DNA of 64,000 nucleotides from an uncultured Planctomycetota bacterium (GTDB lineage: Bacteria > Planctomycetota > Phycisphaerae > Tepidisphaerales > Tepidisphaeraceae), in NCBI GenBank assembly GCA_963841915.1, contig CAWJEN010000005.1:960001-1024000 (forward strand). The letters are read 5' to 3'. The notes under the pieces are model-generated. The model was not told where the DNA came from. It did not search any database and saw nothing but the letters and a program-made list of their open reading frames with translations. The position numbers and the translations under genes were made by a program. Position 1 is the stretch's first letter; each line of letters opens with the position of its first letter. This document shows positions 57,473-64,000 of the stretch, in pieces.

Positions 57473-59044
57473 ATGTCAAACCGCCACGCTGCGTCCGCTT
57501 TTGTGCCCGGCACCGTCACCCTTGTCGGTGCCGGGCCTGGTGACCCGGGCTTGCTCACGATTCACGGCCGCGACGCCCTGGCGGCGGCGGACGTGGTGGT
57601 CTACGACGCGCTGGCCAATCCGGCTCTGCTGGACTTCGCACCACAGGCTCGACACCGCTTTGCAGGTAAGCGGGCCGAGCACCACTCGATGTCGCAGGAA
57701 CAGATCAACGACCTGCTCGTCAGCGAGGCCAAGGCAGGCCACGTCGTCGTGCGGCTCAAAGGCGGTGACCCGTTTGTCTTCGGTCGCGGCGGAGAAGAGG
57801 CAGAGGCTTGCGTGGCGGCGCAGGTGCCATTCAGTGTCGTACCAGGCATCACCGCCGCCGTCGCCGCGGCGGCGTACGCGGGTATTCCCGTGACGCATCG
57901 AGATCTCAACACGTCACTCACGCTTGTTACCGGGCACGAAAAAGACCGTAGCAAGCAGACGCCCCAAGCCGCCGCCCGAGACGAGGCGGGCAGTGAAGCA
58001 ACGGACTGGTCAGCCCTGGCCAAGTTGCCGTTGCTGTGCTTCTACATGGGCGTCAAGAGCCTGCCGACCATCGCGGCAAAGCTGACGGCTGCAGGCATGA
58101 GCGGCGTTACGCCCGCCGCGAGCGTGCAGTGGGGCACGACGCCGTGGCAGAAGACCGTCGTTGCCACACTCGACACCATCGCCGACGCCAACGATGCCGC
58201 CGGCCTGTCGAGTCCGGCCATCACCTACGTTGGCGAGGTCGTGCGTCTTCGCGAGCAGCTTCAATGGTTCGACAAGAGGCCGCTGTTCGGTAAGACGGTT
58301 GTCGTGACCCGTAGCCGCACGCAGGCAAGTGAGCTGTCGGCCAGGTTGAGCGCCCTCGGGGCTGAGGTGGTTGAAGCACCGACCATTGCCATCCAGGAGA
58401 CGCCCGACGGGTCCAGCGTGCGGACGGAGCTCGCTCGTATTAAGGCGGCCAACTATGACTGGATTCTTTTCACGAGCGGAAATGGGGTTCGGGCGACACG
58501 CGAGATCATGCGCACCAACGGCTATGACGCACGCCTCTTTGCCGGCTCGAAGGTCGGAGCGGTTGGCCCCGCTACGGCACGGGCGGTGCGGGAACTGCTC
58601 TGCATCGAGCCGGACCTCACGCCTGATCGGTACGACGGCGATGCCCTTGCTGATGAGCTCGGTGACGTCGCCGGGCGGTCGATCCTGCTCTTGCGGGCGG
58701 ACATCGGGCGTAGGTCGCTGATCGATGCGCTGCGAGAGCGTGGGGCACGCGTGGAAGATGTGGCGGTCTACGAAACCAAGCCTGTCGATACGTTACCGGC
58801 CCACGTCCGGGACCGCTTAGCCGACGCCGATGCCATCACTTTCACCAGCGGCAGCACCGCCACCAACTTTGCAAAGCTCGCGACCGTCCCGCAGAACGTC
58901 AAGCTCGTCAGCATCGGCCCGACCACGTCGGCGGCGATGCGGGCGGCGGGGCTGCGGGTCGATGCCGAGGCTGATGAGGCGACGATCGAAGCACTGACGC
59001 AAGCCGCTCAGCAGTTGCTGGCGGAACCTTTGGACCAGTCGTGA
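57473..59044 (+). CDS. cobA: Uroporphyrinogen-III C-methyltransferase/synthase fusion (CobA-HemD)
   Basis: LVGAGPGDPGLLT, RLKGGDPFVFGRGGEE; then PLFGKTVVVTR, FTSGNGV, FTSGST, SIGPTT. Confidence 0.95.
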   Translation: MSNRHAASAFVPGTVTLVGAGPGDPGLLTIHGRDALAAADVVVYDALANPALLDFAPQARHRFAGKRAEHHSMSQEQINDLLVSEAKAGHVVVRLKGGDPFVFGRGGEEAEACVAAQVPFSVVPGITAAVAAAAYAGIPVTHRDLNTSLTLVTGHEKDRSKQTPQAAARDEAGSEATDWSALAKLPLLCFYMGVKSLPTIAAKLTAAGMSGVTPAASVQWGTTPWQKTVVATLDTIADANDAAGLSSPAITYVGEVVRLREQLQWFDKRPLFGKTVVVTRSRTQASELSARLSALGAEVVEAPTIAIQETPDGSSVRTELARIKAANYDWILFTSGNGVRATREIMRTNGYDARLFAGSKVGAVGPATARAVRELLCIEPDLTPDRYDGDALADELGDVAGRSILLLRADIGRRSLIDALRERGARVEDVAVYETKPVDTLPAHVRDRLADADAITFTSGSTATNFAKLATVPQNVKLVSIGPTTSAAMRAAGLRVDAEADEATIEALTQAAQQLLAEPLDQS

Positions 59045-59054
59045 GGCTTCCGGC

Positions 59055-59960
59055 TCAGGCTTCTTCGCCCGAGTCAGGAGCCTGGCCGTGGTCGAGCAGG
59101 AATTGGACGCGTTGCAGCCCGGCATCGTCGCCGCAGTACTTGCTCAGCAGCCGCTTGGCCCGCGAGATGCCCGTGCGACGGCTGACGTGCAGAACGACGA
59201 TTGCCTCGCAGTTCAGCCGTGGCAGATAACCGGCAAAGTCTGCGGCATGCAGGTGCCGGCCGGCCTTGGCCGTTCGCAGGTGGTCGTCTTCATAAAACGT
59301 GCACTCGGTCAGCAGAATCTGTGACTCGACGACATCCGGGTCCTTCCAGACCGGGCCCGGACCGGTGTCGCCAAGATAGGTCACGACCGGCACCTCGCGG
59401 ACGTACTGGATCTCGGTGCCGGCTTCCTTGAGCTTGCGGATGGCCTCGCCGTCGAGGTCGCGGTACTCGTCTTTGAGCTTGTGCCGGATCTGCAGGGCGG
59501 CGTAGCCGAGGCTCGGGCCGCCGTGGTGCGTGCGAACGGCCCGGATACCGAAATCTTTGCGGACGCGGTACATCTGACCGGGCCGCATCTCGATGAGGTC
59601 GTATGGCGTCTGCTGACGCTCTATGCGACGCCACGACAGCAGCATGTCGTCGACCGCGTCGGCAATTTCGTAGGGCACCAGGATGGTCGGCGGCTTGAGC
59701 CCCTGGAAGTGGCGCTGACTAATGTAGTAAGCCAAGCCCGCTACGTGGTCCATATGACCGTGGGAGATGCAAAGGATGTCACTGTTGAGCGAAAACTGCG
59801 GCGCTCGGCCGATGTCGAAACAGATATTGAGCTCAGGCACCTGGACGACCGTCTCTTCACCGGCCACGCTGTAGCCGCAGACCGTGAACGGCCCGAAGGT
59901 CAGCTTGGCGAACTTCTGCGTGACGAGCGAACGATCTGGAGTCTCGGGCAGGCTCGCCAT
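59055..59960 (-). CDS. TM-type ribonuclease Z (MBL fold)
   Basis: GYSVAGEET, SHGHMDH, exosite KLKDEYRDLDGEAIRKLK, YLGDT, TECTF, HLH, LHVSRR. Confidence 0.8.
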   Translation of the reverse strand: MASLPETPDRSLVTQKFAKLTFGPFTVCGYSVAGEETVVQVPELNICFDIGRAPQFSLNSDILCISHGHMDHVAGLAYYISQRHFQGLKPPTILVPYEIADAVDDMLLSWRRIERQQTPYDLIEMRPGQMYRVRKDFGIRAVRTHHGGPSLGYAALQIRHKLKDEYRDLDGEAIRKLKEAGTEIQYVREVPVVTYLGDTGPGPVWKDPDVVESQILLTECTFYEDDHLRTAKAGRHLHAADFAGYLPRLNCEAIVVLHVSRRTGISRAKRLLSKYCGDDAGLQRVQFLLDHGQAPDSGEEA

Positions 59961-60079
59961 GGGCGGCTGACACTAACCGGATGCATTCGGGCCGACAACG
60001 CGTGCACTGCCTGGTGCCTGCGTCAAATGTGATTCAGGACGTTCCGCGGTGCGATCGTGCGGGTTACGCTTGTTGCATC

Positions 60080-60676
60080 ATGGAGACGCAGAACCCACAG
60101 GCAGGCAGCACCAGCACCCCCGGCGTCGGGAAGACCAAGACGGAAGATCTTAAGGAAAAGGCTCAGGCCGTTGCGAGTCAGGCCGCCGACAAGGCCGGCG
60201 TTGCCGCCCAGGACGCCGCCGCCAAGCTCACAGCTGCAGCCAAAGAGCAGTTCCTGCTGCTTCGAGAGCGTGCGCCGGAAGTGCTCTACACGAGCGTCGA
60301 CGAAGCCGCAGCGAGCAACGCCCGCCGCACGGAAGCCAACCTTTCCTACTTCCGCGAGAACCCGTCGCTCATCTCTCGGCGGATCGCAGAACTCGACGAA
60401 GAATGGGACACGCGCCGCGTGCTGCAGGTTGCCACCTGCGGCCTGACGCTTGGTGGCTTCGTCCTGTCGCTGACCAAGAGCAGCCTCTGGCGTGTCCTGC
60501 CCGTCGCACTGGCAGCAGGCGGCTTGCACCACGGCATCACCGGCCAGAGCCCGGCAGAAGACCTCGTCCGCCGCCTCGGCTTCCGCACGCGTGACGAGAT
60601 CGAGTTCGAGCGCCGCGTGCTGATGAAGATTGAATTCCCGGGCGACGAGCTGCCACAGGTTCCGGTGACGATCTAA
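60080..60676 (+). CDS. Hypothetical protein (Ala/Lys-rich N-terminus; DUF2892-like membrane C-terminus)
   Basis: RIAELDEEWDTRRVLQ, two TM segments, RRLGFRTRDEIEFER. Confidence 0.7.
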   Translation: METQNPQAGSTSTPGVGKTKTEDLKEKAQAVASQAADKAGVAAQDAAAKLTAAAKEQFLLLRERAPEVLYTSVDEAAASNARRTEANLSYFRENPSLISRRIAELDEEWDTRRVLQVATCGLTLGGFVLSLTKSSLWRVLPVALAAGGLHHGITGQSPAEDLVRRLGFRTRDEIEFERRVLMKIEFPGDELPQVPVTI

Positions 60677-60730
60677 GGCCAGTCGTTCCGTGGTATTGGA
60701 GGTGGGAAGCGGCACCTATACAGTCGCTGC

Positions 60731-61333
60731 ATGACCGGCCAGCTCATCGTCCTTTGCGGCCCGAGCGGCGTCGGCAAAAGCACCCTCAGCAAACTCATCT
60801 CCAGCGAACTCGGCGTCGCTTATGTCCCGGCAGTCACCACCCGCGAGCGACGCCCGGGCGACGATCGTGGAAAGGCGTACGAGCACGTCGACGAAGACAA
60901 CTTCTTCGACCGACTCGACACCGGCGAGTTCCTCGAGTACGCGCAGAATTACGACGAGTATTACGCAACGCCGAAGCACCCGGCCTTGGACCTTTTGGCA
61001 GAGGGTCGTGACGTGCTGCTCGAGATCGACGTGCAGGGCGCGTTACAGGTGCGGTTTCATTACCCGCGGGCGTTGCTCGTGTTCATCCTGCCGCCGGACG
61101 AGTCGGTGTTGAAAGAGCGTCTGATCGAGCGTGGCCGCGATGACGTGAGGCAGATCAACAAGCGGTTTCGCGCTGCCCGACGCGAGATTCACATGGCCAA
61201 AGGCAGCCGGGCGTTCGACCACATGGTCGTCAACGATGATCTCGATGACGCGGCCGCCGAATTGTACAAGCTTGTCCGCCACCGTCGCGGCGAACGTCAG
61301 GACGAGGCGGCGTTTCACGAGGTAAAGGACTGA
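60731..61333 (+). CDS. gmk: Guanylate kinase
   Basis: GPSGVGKST, TTRERRPG, FLEYA, YYAT, LEIDVQGA, VFILPP, VNDDL. Confidence 0.95.
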   Translation: MTGQLIVLCGPSGVGKSTLSKLISSELGVAYVPAVTTRERRPGDDRGKAYEHVDEDNFFDRLDTGEFLEYAQNYDEYYATPKHPALDLLAEGRDVLLEIDVQGALQVRFHYPRALLVFILPPDESVLKERLIERGRDDVRQINKRFRAARREIHMAKGSRAFDHMVVNDDLDDAAAELYKLVRHRRGERQDEAAFHEVKD

Positions 61334-61347
61334 TGCCCCTACTAAGA

Positions 61348-61376
61348 ACCCCGCCACAGCTACGCTGTGACGGGGT
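61348..61376. terminator. Hairpin between convergent genes
   Basis: accccgccacagc-tac-gctgtgacggggt. Confidence 0.65.
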
Positions 61377-61401
61377 GGCGGAGGAGAAGGATCGGTTGCT
61401 C

Positions 61402-62958
61402 CTAATCCTTGGTAACCGTGGTAACCGAATAGGCGGGCAGCTCAATCGAGTCGCCGTCGAGCGTGGCGGTGTCGTGCTGCAGGTGCCTCATGCGGGCGAT
61501 CATTGTCGCCGGCTCGCCTTGCAGCATGTCGACCTTCATGCCCGAGTGGTCGCCGGAAAGCTTTACAGTTATCGGCTTGTCGCTGAAGTTCAGGAAGAGC
61601 ATGCCGTCGACAACTTCACCTTGAGAATCTTCAAACGCCCATCCGCTGACGGCGTCGTAGGTCGCGTCGCTGGCGGCGATGGTCGGGCTGTCGAGCTCGA
61701 GGTGGATGGCGGTGTCTCGGCCGTTCATCGCTTGACCGAACATGGACATGACCATGCCTGCAGCCGACAGCTCGCCGCGCTTGGTCGGCGACAGGTCGGG
61801 GTTGACGACCTGCTCCTGAAACCCGTCACTCTCGTTCCACATCGCCGGGTAGAGGTTGCCACCGGTGATGTTGTGGAAGTGAACCAACTCCACCCGCCCG
61901 CTGTCGAGGAAGGCGTCCATCGTTCCGGCAATGAGCAGCCCGTGAGCCCACGTGTTGCGGACAACGCCGACCCGATCATCGATGTTGAACTCGGTCAGCC
62001 AGATCGGCAGATCGTCGGGCAGATCAGCTTTCTTCATCAGCCGTTCCCACTCGATGTACGGCTGAGCCAGGACGGCGGCAACGCCTTGGGGCGTCTGGAG
62101 CTTGGCATAGATGGCCCTTTGATAGTCAGGGGTTCCCATCCGGTTGCCGCCCTCGCTCACGCCGCCGTTTTCGAAGTTGTTCGTGTCGAAGAATCCGTCG
62201 AGACCGTGGCCGACGTAGGTGTGCACGGTGATGGCGTCGATGACATTGCGGTCGAGCAGGTGAAGGGACTCCTTGTTCCAGAAGCGTCGCCTTTCGCTGT
62301 GGTGCGGCAGGCCACCGCTGCTGGCAACGGCTGCGACGCGAGCGTCGGGAAAGGCCTCTTTAAGCTGCTTCGCCCAATCGTTTGCGCCTTCGGCATACGC
62401 CGCCGGTGACGGGTATTTGTCTGTCACGAAGCTGTCGGCACCGGCACCAAAATACAGCTCGTTGCCCAGCTCGAGCAGTTTCACCGGTAGGCCCAGCGAC
62501 TCTGCCTTCTTCAGATGCTCGACGTGGACGCTCGGCTCGTAGTGAATCACGTTGAGCATGTAGACCGGCTCGAACCCGACCTTTCTAAATCCTTCTGCAA
62601 GATTCTCAAGGGAATAGCGGTTGCTCCCTTTGGATACGTTCCGCGTCCACTTGATCGTCTTGTCGTAGTCGATTGATCCCGGACCTTCGGCGGCAAACAC
62701 CCAGCCGCGGTCCCAGTCCCAAATATTTCCGAGGCTACCGGCCGGGAAGCGGACGGTGCCCGCGTTGAGCGCCTTCGTGCCTTCAACAAGATCGTCGTTG
62801 CTCCACGGCTCGCTGTAGCTCGTCAAGTTCCCGTTGAACCCGACAAAGGTGGGGGAAATGGTGTGAGATGCACCTGGCGACGCTTCGAGCGGGTCGGCGG
62901 CGAAGGTCGGGGTTGCCATGGCGGCGGCAGAAAGTAGAGCGGGAAGTAGGCGTTTCAT
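61402..62958 (-). CDS. Secreted clan GH-A glycoside hydrolase (GH51/GH79/GH44-like)
   Basis: Signal peptide, VRFPAGS...WDW, ELGNELY (acid/base), WLTEFN (nucleophile), C-terminal beta-sandwich ending ELPAYSVT. Confidence 0.8.
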   Translation of the reverse strand: MKRLLPALLSAAAMATPTFAADPLEASPGASHTISPTFVGFNGNLTSYSEPWSNDDLVEGTKALNAGTVRFPAGSLGNIWDWDRGWVFAAEGPGSIDYDKTIKWTRNVSKGSNRYSLENLAEGFRKVGFEPVYMLNVIHYEPSVHVEHLKKAESLGLPVKLLELGNELYFGAGADSFVTDKYPSPAAYAEGANDWAKQLKEAFPDARVAAVASSGGLPHHSERRRFWNKESLHLLDRNVIDAITVHTYVGHGLDGFFDTNNFENGGVSEGGNRMGTPDYQRAIYAKLQTPQGVAAVLAQPYIEWERLMKKADLPDDLPIWLTEFNIDDRVGVVRNTWAHGLLIAGTMDAFLDSGRVELVHFHNITGGNLYPAMWNESDGFQEQVVNPDLSPTKRGELSAAGMVMSMFGQAMNGRDTAIHLELDSPTIAASDATYDAVSGWAFEDSQGEVVDGMLFLNFSDKPITVKLSGDHSGMKVDMLQGEPATMIARMRHLQHDTATLDGDSIELPAYSVTTVTKD

Positions 62959-62980
62959 AGCAAGCTCGTTATTGAAGAAG

Positions 62981-64000
62981 TTACTCACCGTCAGTGGCAA
63001 TGCTGCGACGCCACAAGCCGTTGCCGCGAGTCATCATGTAGAGCTCGGGCTCGAACACATCGCCCGGGCCGTCTCGATCGATGACCTTGCTGCGGACCGG
63101 GTAAGGCCAAGGCATGTCGGCCGTCATGTCACGGACATTTGTGACCTTCAGTGACGCGTCGACCGTCGCGGCGAACGTGCCGTCGGCCCGGCGGCCGTCG
63201 GCGTGGGTACTTGGATACGAGAAGAAGACGTCGACGCTGCCGTCGTCACGCGGCCACGCGTCGAGTCCGCGGAACTCGAGCCGCTGACCTTCCTCGAGCC
63301 ATGCCGGCCTGTCACGTAGCGAGGCGACGTCGTCGTACGTCACGAGCGTCTTGAACGTCTTGCCGTCGTCGTTGCTGCCGACGAGTGGCGGACGGTCGCC
63401 CGTGCCACCGGTGAAGATCAGGCGTGTGTCACCCGCGGCGACGACGGCGAGTTGCCGGCGTCCGTCGTACTCGGCATCGGGCGTGTCGGCCACAATGTCC
63501 CAACGCCAGTTACCCTTGGCAGCGTCATCGGCCTCGCCACGCCAGATCCGGCGGCCGATGTGGTCGAGGCACCAGACGACGTCCGCCTTGAGCGGGTCGA
63601 CGCGAAGGCTGTTGCCCTCGCTCGGGATGTGCGTCGGCGTCGGGCCGTCGAAGTAGATCGTCATCGGCGTTGCCTTGGGCAGCGGCGTGCCGGCGCGGAC
63701 GGCCTCGATCATCGCCGGCACGTCATCGACACGCCAGACGCCTCGGCCGAACGTGCCGATGTAGGCCGCCTTCGGGTCGTGCGGGTCGGCCACGATCTGG
63801 TTGTAAAGCAGGTGAGGCAAACCGGCGAGGTAGTCCTCGCTTCCGCCGATCTTGACCCACCGGTCTTCGACGCCCATCGTTTCCAGCGGCTTTGCCCAGA
63901 GTTCGCCTGTCTCGGCGTCGGAGCCCCAGCCAACAGCAACGTGTGCCAGCACGATCGGCGGCGTGGCACCGTGCGGCGGAAGGACGTTTGACGCATTGCT
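62981..64000 (-). CDS. BNR/Asp-box beta-propeller protein (3' part; runs off window)
   Basis: DPHDPKAAYIGTFGRGVW, SNDDGKTF, MTRGNGLWR; frame open to 64000. Confidence 0.75.
   Translation of the reverse strand, partial: SNASNVLPPHGATPPIVLAHVAVGWGSDAETGELWAKPLETMGVEDRWVKIGGSEDYLAGLPHLLYNQIVADPHDPKAAYIGTFGRGVWRVDDVPAMIEAVRAGTPLPKATPMTIYFDGPTPTHIPSEGNSLRVDPLKADVVWCLDHIGRRIWRGEADDAAKGNWRWDIVADTPDAEYDGRRQLAVVAAGDTRLIFTGGTGDRPPLVGSNDDGKTFKTLVTYDDVASLRDRPAWLEEGQRLEFRGLDAWPRDDGSVDVFFSYPSTHADGRRADGTFAATVDASLKVTNVRDMTADMPWPYPVRSKVIDRDGPGDVFEPELYMMTRGNGLWRRSIATDGE

Overview
This is a GC-rich, gene-dense chromosomal window. Its DUF1559 prepilin-type protein, LEPR-xLL-like extracellular proteins, PEP-CTERM proteins and divergent L34 point to a planctomycete, most likely Phycisphaerae/Tepidisphaerales (inference). 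Housekeeping genes include tatC, pyrE, nadK, rpmH, rnc, yhaM, uvrA, metG, ruvB, lptF/G, nadB, cobA-hemD, a TM-type RNase Z and gmk. RNA genes are SRP RNA and three tRNAs (Ala-TGC, Pro-CGG, Glu-TTC), none with an encoded CCA. Several carbohydrate-active or secreted proteins are interspersed. Five parS palindromes suggest an origin-proximal region, but no dnaA or DnaA-box cluster was seen. Most notable observations: (1) four parS sites lie in two inverted, homologous ~290-bp intergenic cassettes with identical terminal blocks; (2) many core genes have a TANNNT box 5-8 nt before the start codon and no Shine-Dalgarno (leaderless-like), whereas an accessory LacI-DUF1559-GH10-PEP-CTERM cassette is SD-led; (3) a GntA/DcsA-like N-hydroxylase plus lone DUF1989 operon has a sigma-54-like promoter; (4) there is a GTAG/GTGG REP pair and a probable RHS remnant. 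No CRISPR array, integrase or transposase was seen. All calls come from reading the sequence and recalled family motifs; no database searches were run.
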